Assembly: GCF_006345805.1 (NCBI RefSeq)
Contig: NC_043004.1
Location: 65,906,001 to 65,970,000 of the forward strand
DNA length: 64,000 nucleotides
From: Octopus sinensis
Lineage: Eukaryota
Reading direction: 5' to 3'
The position numbers and the translations under genes were made by a program. Shown one piece after another: positions 13,624 to 26,864 of the stretch (the stretch's first letter is position 1; every line of letters begins with the position of its first letter). Under the pieces are notes generated by a model. It was not told the origin of the DNA and did no database searches. It saw only the letters and a program-made list of their open reading frames with translations.

Positions 13624-16209
13624 TATTGTTATATTTCGGAATGGTCATTTTGCCAGTTTAGCCAATAAAAACACACGCACTATATATTTGGTGTTATTTA
13701 TATTTTACAGTAACCTTAATCTTATTTCGGCCAGAGTTCTTTCGTCACACTCCTGTGACCGCATCAGTGGTCCTTTGTTTTCTTCTTTCTTATTTGTGTC
13801 TCTCCTTACTAACAGTCAGCCATTTTGTATTTCTATTGTATGTCTTCATTTGCGCATGCTTATATCTCTATGTGCGTCTATGTTTAGTTAGTGTGTGTGT
13901 TGGGGGGATGCCTGTAATATTTGTATCTTCTGTTTATATACGTTCGTGTAATTTGTTTTCGTTGTAGATTTTGTTCATTCTTAATTTGTTCATGTGTTTA
14001 GATCCACTTATTATTATCATTACTTATGCTTGTATGTATGTATGTATGTATCTATGTATAACAACAATACTAGTAATAAAAATAATAAATAAAAAAACAA
14101 AACTTGAAAAAAAACTTATGTAGTTATTTATTTCTATTTGTTTATTTATCTGTGTATTTTATTTATCATGTTTTCGGTTTTGTTTATATTGTAACCAGTT
14201 TATGGGGATCCTCTACCGTCATATGTTGTGGTGTGTGCTAGTGTTCCATTCCAGTTTCCTATTCAGGCTAGGTTTATTTTCTATTATGTGTGTAGCTTCT
14301 GTAATTTGTCTGATTGTTGCATCTGTTCTATGTGTGGAGAAGATTTTAACTTCTATGTTGTTGATTGATCTCCTATGTTCCTGTTCGGCGTGTTGGTACA
14401 GAATCGATCAGCTTTTACCTTCTTTAAGTTCTCTCCAATGTACATTTACCCGCTCTCCTATGCTTCGTGTAGTTTCCCTACGTATGTCATTGTCTTGTTA
14501 CTGCATCGTCCCTCTATACATCTTATACTATAGACTACATAGTGGTAAAGGCACCCCCCAAGAGAGTAATGTTGATATAGTAATAGAAACTAATACTATG
14601 GAAATCATCCAGCAAATAGCTAACTCCGTCCACCAGAGTATTAAGGTCACAATAGACTACCCCTCTAAACACCCCAACCATAGACTACCAGTACTAGACA
14701 CAGAACTCTGGCTAGAAACTGTGAATAATAAAACCCAAATCTTTCATTCGTACTATGCCAAACCTATGGCCTCAAAATACTTGTTCCACCGGATCTCAGC
14801 CATTGCGGACAGTGCCAAATTCAATATTTTGATGGCAGACCTCGTCAGAATAATGAGAAATGTGTCACGCATGTGCGAGCCTACAGAGTTAAAGAGACAC
14901 GTACAATATTTCATTCACCGCATGCAGCTCTCAGGTTACAGCCATAAAGAAAGGATCAGAGTATACAAAGGAGCCATGAAGAAATTTGATAATATATTAT
15001 GTAATGAGAGGAATGAGATTTGCCCCCCACTCTATAGGAACAAGTCATGGAACACTATAGAAAGGACAAAGAAGAAAATAGGGAAGGCCAACTCTTGGTA
15101 TGATAGCCATAAATACCAGAGTGTCATGTTCGTTGACACCATTCCTGGAGGTGAACTGGCGTACCGCTTTAGAATGACCCAAGACAAACTTACCCTTTTA
15201 GTAGAACCCCCTGTACGGATAGGTACTGTACTGTGTGTAGATTTAGCCCACAAACAAACTGTAAAGCCAGAAATCTAGTCTATAATATAAGATGTATAGA
15301 GGGACGATGCAGTAACAAGACAACGACATACGTAGGGAAACTGCACGAAGCATAGGAGAGCGGGTAAATGACATTGGAGAGAACTTAAGGAAGGTAAAAG
15401 TTGATCGATTCTGTACCAACACGCCGAACAGGAACACGGGGGATCAATCTACAACATAGAAGTTAAAATCTTGTCCACACATAGAACAGATGCAAAAATC
15501 AGACAAATTACAGAAGCTACACACATAATAGAAGATAAACCTAGCCTGAATAGGAAACTGGAATGGAACACTAGCACACACCACAACATATGACGGTAGA
15601 GGATCCCCATAAACTGGTTACAATATAAACAAAACCGAAAACATAATAAATAAAATACACAGATAAATAAACAAATAGAAATATATAACTATATAAGTTG
15701 TTTTTTTAATTTAAAAGATTTTTTTATTTATTATTATTATTATTACTAGTATTGTTGTTATACATACATACATACATACATACATACAAGCATAAGTAAT
15801 GATAATAATAAGTGGATCTAACACATGAACAAAATAAGAATAAACAAAATCTACAGCAAAAACAAATTACACGAACGTATATAAACAGAAGATACAAATA
15901 TTACAGGCATCCCCCCACACACACACTAACTAAACATAGACGCACACAGAGATATAAGCATGCGCAAATGAAGACATACAATAGAAATACAAAATGGCTG
16001 ACGGTTAGTAAGGAGAGACACAAATAAGAAAGAAGAAAGCAAAGGACCACTGATGCGGTCACAGGAGTGTGACGAAAGAACTCTGGCTGAAATAACATTA
16101 AGATTAATGTAAAAGATAAATAACACTGAAGCAAAATAACACCAAATATATAGTGCGTATATTTTTAATGGCTAAACTGGCAAAATGACCATTCCGAAAT
16201 ATAATAATA
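13624..16209 (+). mobile_element. 5'-truncated Penelope-like element with ~0.9 kb inverted duplication (arms 13624-14537 and 15276-16209)
   Basis: 14538-15200 encodes an RT thumb (LPVLDTELW..YYAKPMAS..RMQLSGYS). After a frameshift come PCTDRYCTVC..CKARNLVYNIRC..TYVGETARSIGER (Zn linker plus GIY-YIG). The arms are near-identical reverse complements. Confidence 0.9.
16048..16087 (+). ncRNA. Hammerhead-like motif in the PLE 3' region (mirror copy ~13730-13770 on the minus strand)
   Basis: cca-CTGATGCG-GTCACA ggag TGTGAC-GAAA-GAAC-TC-tgg. The core deviates from CUGANGA. Confidence 0.45.
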
Positions 16210-16997
16210 CATGACATAACATTTATGTGACATGACAATTCTTACGTTCGTTTCCGCTTCCAATCTCACTCAGTGCCTACGAAAGATTTGCGAAAATAAT
16301 ATTTTCTACTTTCATAAGATATTCGAACTAGAACATGGGGCTTGATCACAGTGAATACAAAACCTTTTGCCTACTAACTTCATACAAACATCATAATTTT
16401 AGACTTAATTGCATGGTTCACGCTTTGAATAGTCATTAATATTATTAATTCTGTTATGAATAATATACCTTTCTCTCTCTTTCTCTTTCTCTCTCTCTGT
16501 ATATATATATATTAAAGCCTGCTGACTTATCTTTGCATTTGTTTTATAATTGAATATTCATGTATGATGTAACAGATTTCGGAGATATAACACCTAATGT
16601 GATGTAGAATTTATATTGCTATAATTAGGAGCCGTTTCGAAGACTTTCAGTTGAAATTGCTGTGATACATATATAATTAAAAACACTGTTAAACTCACGA
16701 GGTGTATTGCCTACTAATGGCCAAAACCTTGCTAGACAGAGTGCTATTGAGAGTAACAGTATGAAAGCTCAGTTGTAAAATGGAAAATGGGATTATTGCA
16801 ATATGAGAGCAATATGCGTTTTAGAGTTGGCGTTTTAACAGCGTAGTCTCAGAGCAAGATTAGGACGCATGTGCACATGGTCATATAACTCCCAGTATAC
16901 TGCCTTCCTCGTATCGAGATAATTTAAAATCATCCTCGCAATACTTGAAATTTAAAGCAGTCATGAAAATACATATAACTTTGTGTTAATCGATACA

Positions 16998-17035
<38 letters not shown>

Positions 17036-17036
17036 C

Positions 17037-17149
17037 CTGCTCGCTTAGCAAGCGGGGTGGCTTAATTTGGAGGCTAAAACAATTCGAAGCGCATTGTGAC
17101 CAGCGATTTGTAACAACATCTGATAACCTGGTCGATCACAGTGATCACA

Positions 17150-17152
<3 letters not shown>
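17037..17152 (+). mobile_element. 3' fragment of SINE family C
   Basis: Matches 48158-48272 (cgcttagc..gcggggtggc..gcattgtgaccagcgat). Confidence 0.75.
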
Positions 17153-17208
<56 letters not shown>

Positions 17209-17939
17209 AAATATATACATATCTATATGTGAATGTATAAAGATACATAGATATATATGTGTGCGTGTTTATATTAGTGTGCATACAAATTTATTGTATA
17301 TATTTTATATATACACAATCAGTAACCCGTGTACGATCCTGTAAATTGCTAAAGCACGCGCGCGCAATCACTGCTAGACACATGCACACACACAGAGGAT
17401 GCGCACATACACACATTTACAAGCAGTCACAAACACACATACGAACATGGAGTACGTACATGCGTGGGTATGTTGGTAGATGGAGACAAGAAAAGGAGAG
17501 TCATGTGAGGCGAAAGGAGACAAAAACCATAAGCAATTGGAGCAAGAAACTTGTAAAAATGGAGTTTAATATTTTTTCTGGTATAGAGTTTAAATTATCG
17601 GTGACTTGGAAACATTTAACATTTCATACAGCATATAATTTGTAGTATTAGGATATTATAGTAATTTGAAGACAAGTTTTATAACTAATAATCATATCTT
17701 ACATATTCCACAGAATCGTATGTAATTATGTGTATGTATATATTTAGGGGGTTTCTACAGACATACGTATATATATATATAAATAAGTGTGTGTGTGAGT
17801 GGGTGTGCATGCCTGTGTGTGCTTGTGTATAGACACACATATACATATGTATATATGTACGTACATATGTGTATATCATACACACATATATACTACTGAC
17901 ACAAACAGAAGTGTTTCTTATCTATATATGATTATCTAT

Positions 17940-18803
17940 TTGAAACGTACGTTCTCAAATAACCTTTGCATTTGATTTTTTAATGTCTTTACCCCCATAC
18001 TTTCGTGAGTTGAATTGAGCAAACACTATATGAGAGAGGTTTTCTTTAAGTATTAGAAATAGTTTTAAAAAAGTTTTTTTAGCTACTATTTCTAATGAGT
18101 TCAGTATGCGGCAAAGTAATTTATTTTACTAAGCCCTTTTATATAATGTAACAATTTGAATTTGCCTTAAATGGTCCCTTTGCATACTGAATACTTGGTG
18201 AAATTGATTAATAATTAATTAATTTTACCCTCAATTGTTGAAATTATAATTCATCTCTCTCTATTTAATGCCTCGGATTTTACCGAAAAAAGCATAGTGT
18301 TTACTGATTTTAACCCACGCTGGTGGAAAGGGGAGAGCAGAAATTCTTCGCTTGCATATTTGAGTTTGCTGGCACTGTTACTTTCGAGCAGATCTTCAGA
18401 AGCGATAAGAAGCCGAAAGGGTATGCTCCCACTTTCAGTGTTTTCAAATCCAAACCAAGGAGTTCTGAGCTGATGATAGAAATGTCGAGTTGACTAATCT
18501 TGAAACGTACGTTCTCAAATAACCTTTGCATTTGATTTTTAATGTCTTTACCCCCATACTTTCGTGAGTTGAATTGAGCAAACACTATATGAGAGAGGTT
18601 TTCTTTAAGTATTAGAAATAGTTTTAAAAAAGTTTTTTTAGCTACTATTTCTAATGAGTTCAGTATGCGGCAAAGTAATTTATTTTACTAAGCCCTTTTA
18701 TATAATGTAATAATTTGAATTTGCCTTAAATGGTCCCTTTGCATACTGAATACTTGGTGAAATTGATTAATAATTAATTAATTTTACCCTCAATTGTTGA
18801 AAT
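17940..18803 (+). mobile_element. Non-coding 560-bp unit inserted as a 1.54-mer, with hammerhead and 17-bp TSD
   Basis: 17941-18245 is repeated at 18501-18805. The flanking direct repeat tatatatgattatctat is at 17923-17939 and 18804-18820. Confidence 0.85.
18466..18517 (+). ncRNA. Type I minimal hammerhead ribozyme
   Basis: tgag-CTGATGA-[taga..gtc gagtt gac..tctt]-GAAA-CGTAC-GTT-ctca. Palindromic ACGTACGT helix III; predicted cut after 18513. Confidence 0.7.
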
Positions 18804-18846
18804 TATATATGATTATCTATATTTATACACGCATGCGTATACATAA

Positions 18847-18922
<76 letters not shown>

Positions 18923-19631
18923 GTGTGTGTGTGTGTATGTGTATATAAATACTCATAAATATTATATGCATACATACACACACATATTTATGTGTGTGTG
19001 TATATCCATACGTTCGTGCATAGACATGTCAAAGGTTGGTGTTTACAGGACCACATTGTATCACTTTCAATTGATATGCTATACGGCCGATAATGTCAAT
19101 CCTACTTTTGTCTTATTCATGATTTCTGCTATTATTATTTTCTTTTTGACAGTCTGATTATGGGAAGAGAATATAGACACCACGAGCGTGCAGAACAATA
19201 TAGATATAGACTACAAGTGTAAGTACAATAATTGTCTTAGGAAACATTGACATCATACATACATAACGAGCGAGATTTCTTCACGTGAATCCGTGCGCTT
19301 ACATCTTCCGATTGCTATCTATGTACAAGATGGAAATCTCACGTTTATTCACACAAATATTTATTCCTGAATTATTACTTTCGAATTTCACACATTCATC
19401 GTCTTATAGAGTTTCGGGTTTGACAAATTAAATTGTCCGTTTCATTACACTAAACACGATACTCGATTCTCTATTATAAGCATGTAATTTAGCTACAGCA
19501 AATCTTTAATTTTTGTGTGCGTATATATGTGTGTGTGTACGTGTGTGTATTATATATATTATATAACATACATGCGTATATATGTATGTATGTATGTATG
19601 TATATTGTATGTATGTATGTATTTATATATA

Positions 19632-19688
<57 letters not shown>

Positions 19689-19698
19689 TATATATATA

Positions 19699-19743
<45 letters not shown>

Positions 19744-19947
19744 GTGAAATAGAAAGATGAATAATCTTGTAGTAGATTAATCAAAAGTTTAACCGATACC
19801 TAGTAGCAAAAATCACAGCAGTAAACAGCACGGTTGGAGGTACAACCATATGGTGTTGCAACCGTTCGTTGGTGCGGAAATTGAAATTAAAATATTATTG
19901 GTGAATTGAAGAAATGGAGCTGAACGCAGATTGAACAGAAATCGTTT

Positions 19948-20041
19948 TATTTCATTCTACACGTGTTTCGAAAGGCACAATTTACCAAAATCCGATTGAA
20001 TAATGGGACCATATTGTGTCTTTCTCTTCAGGAAGAAAATA
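19948..20041 (-). ncRNA. Type I hammerhead ribozyme in PLE terminal repeat
   Basis: tattttcttc-CTGAAGA-gaaagacacaat...attgtgcctttc-GAAA-CACGT-GTA-gaatgaaata. Helix I pairs at 9 of 10 positions; palindromic ACACGTGT helix III. Confidence 0.8.
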
Positions 20042-21112
20042 GGAAATCCGTTGGAAAAAACAAAAACAGAACAGAGGCGGAGCAAAAATATAGTGACAGG
20101 AACGCAGTTCTAATTTCAGAAACTAATCCTAGCAGAATAAGATTCACGTCGGCGAAATCCAAGATCAAAAACGCCGTCTACCAATGCAAGGTTTACACGG
20201 ACTCAGATGTTTTCACTTATGTAGGGGCCTCATCCTCAAGATTGTCTTTGCGGGTCTCCAACCATTACGCAACTTTTCGGGACATGAACAAGCGCCAGAC
20301 CACGGGACTCAGTAAGCTAATATGGCGACTGAAGGATACGAACTTAAGCTACAGGCTGGAATGGCCAATTTTGTCGGTGGCCCTCCCATTTGATAGGGGC
20401 AGAAGGCAGTGCAACCTTTGTGTCTCCGAACTCTTCCATATTTTGTTTGCCAGAGGCCGGATGGTAAACGGGCTCTTATAGTCGGCTTTTCGATGCCCCC
20501 ATTGGCGGCGTTACACTTATCTGGCCTTTAAATAGCGTTTATAAATAATACCGGCACCCATAGCCCTTGGTAACAAATTCTGAAATAGCCTTTAAGATAT
20601 CTACGATTAACCACTGCAAGGGGAATTACTCCTGTAAGATAAACGGGGCTTGGTTTTTTCACAACGGGGGGTTTCCTTGACAAGGCAGGCTTAGATGAAC
20701 ACACACACACATAAAACATAATATATATTTTTTTTCTGCCACCCAACGGTTCTCACTGCAGTAGCCACTGACAGCCGAACGTTCAAACGCACACACGTAC
20801 ACAAAAAATGTTTTCTACCCCTAAGCCAACACACACATATATAGAACAGTATACACACACACACTAAGTAGATTTTTTCTCGCCCCTTATAAAACATCCA
20901 ATATTCCTTAAATAGTCAGAACTTTATTCTCGGTCACAAAGAACATCTATACACCCTCACCCACATGATTGACCGATGCCTGACCCGTTAAATTCTTCAG
21001 CCACCGGTTCTCAACATACACTGATAAACAGTTCGCCATGGGCTCTTAGGAGCCTAGTTCGATTTGTTTTTGCTCCGCCTCTGTTCTGTTTTTGTTTTTC
21101 CAACGGATTTCC

Positions 21113-21205
21113 TATTTTCTTCCTGAAGAGAAAGACACAATATGGTCCCATTATTCAATCGGATTTTGGTAAATTGTGCCTTCGAAACACTTGTAGAATG
21201 AAATA
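21113..21205 (+). ncRNA. Second copy of the same hammerhead (palindrome mutated to ACACTTGT)
   Basis: CTGAAGA at 21123-21129 and GAAACACTTGTA at 21184-21195. Confidence 0.7.
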
Positions 21206-21253
21206 AAACGATTTCTGTTCAATCTGCGTTCAGCTCCATTTCTTCAATTCACC

Positions 21254-21320
<67 letters not shown>

Positions 21321-21327
21321 ATATATA

Positions 21328-21704
21328 CACTACCGTCAGAAATTAATTAGCACCCTTGATTTGCTCTTCACTCAAGGTATGTGCTGTCACCTAGTGGCCA
21401 TATCTCGAACTATTGCTTTGTTGCGAGTTCACTGTTGCGCAGAACGATGACGTAACATTGTTTGCAGAGCAATTTGAGAGTCTACAGCCTTATGATGTTG
21501 ACATAGCAGTGCAACAACTTGGAGTGCGGATGCAGACAAATCTTCCTTTGTTTAATAGATATAGGTAGCGCCTCGCAAGGACCGAAATCACACCATACTA
21601 AGTTTTCTCATCGCGTAAGACGTTTTGAACAGCTCATAGGTTAATTGATTTAACCTATTTAATGTAGAAATTTGAGAAGTGCTAATTAATTTGTGACGCA
21701 AGTG
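21328..21704. mobile_element. Tc1-like MITE
   Basis: TA-CACTACCGTCAGAAATTAATTAGCAC ... GTGCTAATTAATTTGTGACGCAAGTG-TA: imperfect TIRs with a TA duplication. Confidence 0.75.
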
Positions 21705-21907
21705 TATATGTGTATAATTAATAATATCAGGCTAATAAAAGTTTTTGAATTTTCTACTACCAGTGGCCTAGCGTGTAGAAAAATTAGTCAATGGACTGTA
21801 TATTATTCATATAAATACAATGTACATTTAAACACATAAGAGGTATCCGTCATAGAATCCTGGCACGCTAGAAGAAACAGCCAAAATCTAAACGACTATT
21901 AGGGAGA

Positions 21908-22078
21908 ATCCTCGAAGTGAATGAAAAATAAAAACATTTACCATCTATCTCCTGGACTATGGTTTCTGACTTTTTTTTTAGCAAATTATATAATTTGCAA
22001 GACTTCGATAAATAAAGTCAGAAACCATGGTCCAGGAGATAGATGGTAAATGCTTTTATTTTTCATTCCCTTCGAGGT
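21908..22078. repeat. ~170-bp fold-back inverted repeat
   Basis: catttaccatctatctcctggactatggtttctgacttt versus aaagtcagaaaccatggtccaggagatagatggtaaatg. Confidence 0.85.
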
Positions 22079-22303
22079 TATATATATATATATATATATA
22101 TGTATGAATGTATGTATGTATGTATTTATACACAAATGCATACATACATATAAATATGAATATGTAGACAAATATATGTATAAATGAGTGTGTACAATTA
22201 CATAGATGCTGGTCGTGGGTGTGTAAACTTATTTAAATTCTAGGCCATATATTATCATTTCATGTCAGTAATATTTATTTCGCATTATCATCTTTGCATT
22301 TAT

Positions 22304-22950
22304 GGCGGCGAGCTGTCGGATTCGTTAGTACAGCGGTGAAAATGCTTAGTGGTATTTCATGTGTCTTTACATTCCAGCGTGGTTGACGCTCATCCTATTG
22401 GAGGTCGATAAATGAAGTACCAGCTGAGCAATAGGGTCCTTGTAATCGACTTACTTCCTCTGCCGAAATTACTTGTTTTTTGAAGACACTATTATCTTTG
22501 TATTTGAGGCGATGAGTTGGCAGAAAGTGTCGCACCCCGGAAAAAATGCTTAGCAGCATTTTGTCCGTTTTCATCTTCTTAGTTCCAATACCGCGGGGAT
22601 CGACATTGCTTTTCATCCTTTCGAGGCCGATCAAAAAAGTACCAGTTGCACGCTGGTGTCCATGCCATCCGCTATCACCTTCCAACCAAAAATATCAGGC
22701 CTCGTGCCTATTAGAAAAGAAAGATTATTTTTATGAGCTGGCAGAGGCGTTGGCGCGCCGGGCGAGATTCATTCGTCTGTCTTTATGTTCTGAGTTCAAA
22801 TTTTGCCGAGGTCGACTTTGACTTTCATCCTTTAGGATCGATAAATTAGATGATAGTTACGCACTGGGGTCGGTGTGGTTGACTTAATCCCTTTGTCTGT
22901 CCTTGTTTGTCCCCTCTGTGTTTGGCCCCCTTGCGGCCAATAAGGAAATA
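22304..22950 (+). mobile_element. Cluster of three tRNA-derived SINEs (family B)
   Basis: Repeated ggcgg(c/t)gagctggcaga..atgcttag..ttcaaat..gaggtcgactttg..ttcatcctt..gtcgataaa at ~22304, ~22507 and ~22735. Confidence 0.75.
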
Positions 22951-23699
22951 AGTGATAACCATCTTCACCATAGTTGTTCTGCTCCTCTTCCTCCTCACCG
23001 CTACTGCCTCCACCTCCATCATCATCATCGTCGTCATATTGATTTACTGTTGCTATTCATTTCAATGTTATTGCTTTTGTTCGCGTATTACAGGAGTCGT
23101 TCATTTGAGCAAAAATGCGTAGACAACAATCCTTATCAACGTTGGAAAATATTTCTTCGTCCCATTTTTATTCATCATCATCATCACAACCAGCAAGACC
23201 AGAATCACCTCCAGAATGAAGACGACTACCAGCATCACCACTACCAACATCCCTCCTCCTCCTCCTCATTATCATCATCATCATCATCATCACCATCTTC
23301 GACTTAATCACTAATATTAATTCATTACCACAGTGTTTATCTTCATATTGTAATTGTCGCCCTTGCTTCTTCTAAAGTTGATATCGCTGCTGCTGCTGCT
23401 GCTGTTGTCGCTGCTGTATATAGATCTCTATTTCGTCATGTGTTTGTTATTACATTCTGCTCTGTACTGAGGTGTGGCCATTCTTAATGATAGATTTGCC
23501 TCGTAATTATATTACAGAACCATACAACGCACTTACATTAATTAATCATTCTTACAACGTTCAATATTATCATTAGACAGGAAAACATAATAACCCATAA
23601 TAGAAATCTATTTTGTTTTTACTTTTTCTAATTCCCTTTGTTTCCGTCTTTCTCTACATCAATATCAATATGAAAAACTCATATCTTCATTATATTATA

Positions 23700-24470
23700 C
23701 AGTCACAGTTAATACAAATTGGAGAAGCCATTAGAAGGAAAAGGCGGAACAAGATTCTGAAAGCGATTCATATTTTCCCTGATAATACGCGACCGCGTAT
23801 AAGAGCCTTACACACCAGGAAATATTGGGTTGTCCGGAAAGTTCGTGCCGATTTATAGTAGCTTACCTTTCGACTTATTTTAGAACATGGTTGAATGCAT
23901 AAATTAGGATTTGATAAGAAAGTTCATATTCGGCACTTGATGATTTGGGAACAGCTCGGCCCGGATGTGTTACCCCACCCTCCATATTCACCAGATATTG
24001 CTTCTTCGGATTTCCACTTATTCAGGTCTCTGCTGAATAATCTTAACGGTAAAAATTTCAATTCCTTGGATGACGTAAAAAGATACCTTGATGAATTCTT
24101 TGCCATGAAACCACCTTAATTCTGGGAGGAGAGTATTTTCAAGTTAAAGGAAAGATGGAGACGCATTGTGCAAATGTAATGTAATGTAATGGCAAGTATT
24201 TATTGACCTTTTTCCTTCCTTTAAAAATCGGCACGAACTTTCCGGACAACCCCATAGATAAATTGGGATGGTGTCAGATTCATCGTCTGCTGTCCTTGAA
24301 TTTGTATCTTCTGGAGGACAGCAATTTGATAACAGCCCAGAGGCAAAAGTGAATTTGGACAAGGATATTCAGTAGGACACATCAGAAGATTTTCAAATGG
24401 TTCTACATAGATGGATTCAAAAGGCAAAACAAATGCTGCACTTCAGATGAAGACTATGTTGAATTTTATA
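23700..24470 (+). mobile_element. Old mariner C-terminal remnant, interrupted by the 23825-24254 element
   Basis: EAIRRKRR..IFPDNTRPR..HTRK before the insertion; DKLGW..GQQFDN..EDFQMVLHRW..KCCTSDEDYVE after it. Confidence 0.6.
23825..24254 (+). mobile_element. Internally deleted mariner with intact TIRs
   Basis: TA-ttgggttgtccggaaagttcgtgccgattt ... aaatcggcacgaactttccggacaacccca-TA. Encodes HPPYSPDIASSDFHLFRSL. Confidence 0.92.
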
Positions 24471-24576
24471 CTTGTATAGATAACGAGTTTAAACAATCTG
24501 AATCAGTTCATAGAGATATCATATACATTCTCCACGTACTTTTGTTACATCTTTGCTATGTATAGGTGAAGATAAA

Positions 24577-24782
24577 GGCGGTGAGCTGGCAGAGTCGTTA
24601 ACGCGTCGGGCAAAATGCTTAGCAGCATTTGATCCGACTTTTCGTTAAAATTTTACGAAGGTTTGATTTATCATTTATCCTTTGCGTATCGATAAAATAA
24701 GCACCGGTGGAACACTTCAATCGATCTAATCGATCAATCGCTCTCTCGAAATGACAGGCTGTGTGTCAAAATTTGAAAGCAA
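24577..24782 (+). mobile_element. SINE family B
   Basis: ggcggtgagctggcagagtcgttaacgcgtcgggcaaaatgcttagc head. Confidence 0.7.
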
Positions 24783-25307
24783 TATATAGCTATGCATACT
24801 GTGGTTCCATCTGCCGTTGGTGACTAGTGGTACCTGTGTTGACTATAGATTTCAAATAAGATAACATCGTATTTGAGACTTGTCGTGTACCTCAGAGTAC
24901 TGTATGTGAGAGCTACAGGTTTGTAAAATATATTAAGCATATATATGCGTACGTATATACATAAATTCATTCATAAATGAATGCATAAACACAAATATTG
25001 AAATATGCCGAACGACAGAAGAGGGAATGCATTGGGATTTGATCTTGGCGGGAAATTGAAGTGGCGAAGTAAAACTTCAGATTTTAAAAAATTATGTCTG
25101 TCTGTCTCTCTCTCTCTCTCTGTCTGTCTCTCTCTCTCTCTCTGTGTCTCACTCTCTTCACACACGAAACACACATACACTAACTTTTATATACATACAT
25201 ACCTGCATGATATGTAAATGCTAGCAAATATATGTATGTGTGAGTGGGTCGGTGTATATATATATGTATGTATATATATATATATATATATGTGTAAATA
25301 TATATAT

Positions 25308-25364
<57 letters not shown>

Positions 25365-25895
25365 TATATATATATACATTCATATAAATTATTGATAGAG
25401 TGAGTGATCGATTGATTGCAAGGGACATAGTTGCGCGTTCGTTGTCATATATCTAGCTTTGTAGGAATTACATAGCATTTATATATGTAAAAGTAGGAAT
25501 AAAGTGTTAGGAAGGATTACCACAGGTGAAACAGGTTACTTAGTACATGCAATAAACAATTTTATTTCTTCACTCATGAGATTAACGATACTCAGTGACC
25601 TATAGTCACGTAGAAATGTCCCCACGTAAGTTCTGGATATGTGCTGGAATTTTTGTAATTACAATATCTCTAAATCATTTACTATCTTTACAGCTCTCTA
25701 TCCATGTCTATTACAATCACTCCCATTTATGAATATATATATATATAACACATATCAGCATATAAATTTATACATTTTGTATGGTTGTGTGTGTAAGAGT
25801 GTAGATATATAATTACTTTACACGTGCACCTTTTTACGATTATTGATACAATATATATATATATATATAATATATGACTGTATATGTATGTATAC

Positions 25896-25937
<42 letters not shown>

Positions 25938-25969
25938 TATATATACGTATACATACATATACAGTCATA

Positions 25970-26003
<34 letters not shown>

Positions 26004-26669
26004 TATCACGATGAACGCAATACCATAATCTAAAAATCAATAACCACTGAATGGATGAGAAAACCGTATATTTTGGTGCATATGTGTATCTTTTCGTATC
26101 TTGTCAGTTATTTTTCTTTTCTTTATAGCTCTCATACGCACGAATAATTTCGGGGTTTTATTTACTCAACCTATTATCTCTTTTGCAATCGATAGCAGAA
26201 AAAAAAATCACACCTTGAGATATTTTCTGCATCTTCATTACACTTCAAACCATATATTTATCACAGTGTTATTCAGTCAACGCCTACATCACCAATATGT
26301 TTCCATATTTCTGCTATTTCGGTGATAATCTATGAGAGGTTTTGCTTATTTATCTCTCTCTTTCTCTCTCTTTGTCTGTCTGTCTGTCTGCCTCTCTCTG
26401 TCTCTCTGTGTCTCTGTCTCTCTCTTTCTCTTGCCCTGTGCTCACCGTCTTTCTCTCTGGCACTATATATTTTTACTCTGTTAAGTATGCATACACACAC
26501 AGACGCACACACGCAAACACGCAAGCACCTTTAGATATGTGCGTATGTATGTATGCATGTACGTATGTATATATATATATATATATAGATATACATATAT
26601 ATATTTATACATATATATATATTTATCTATTTATATATATATATATGTATATGTGTGATTATGAATGCA

Positions 26670-26839
<170 letters not shown>

Positions 26840-26864
26840 ATATAGTTAATCCAAGCAAGAAAGC

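Larger units (their letters stand above)
19741..21257 (+). mobile_element. Penelope-like element fragment: GIY-YIG endonuclease between inverted terminal repeats (19897-20089 / 21068-21257)
   Basis: NAVYQCKV..TYVGASSSRL..NHYATFR..LSKLIWRLK..CNLCVSE (20160-20480) is a PLE-type GIY-YIG. The ~190-bp arms are inverted, and both sides are flanked by (TA)n. Confidence 0.85.

Noticed and set aside
14202-15278. 358-aa ORF as a host gene
   Set aside because: The N-terminal third is the antisense inverted arm and the remainder is PLE RT thumb.
16240-16280. CTGAGTGA..GAAACGAACGTA on the minus strand
   Set aside because: No helix I or helix II pairing.
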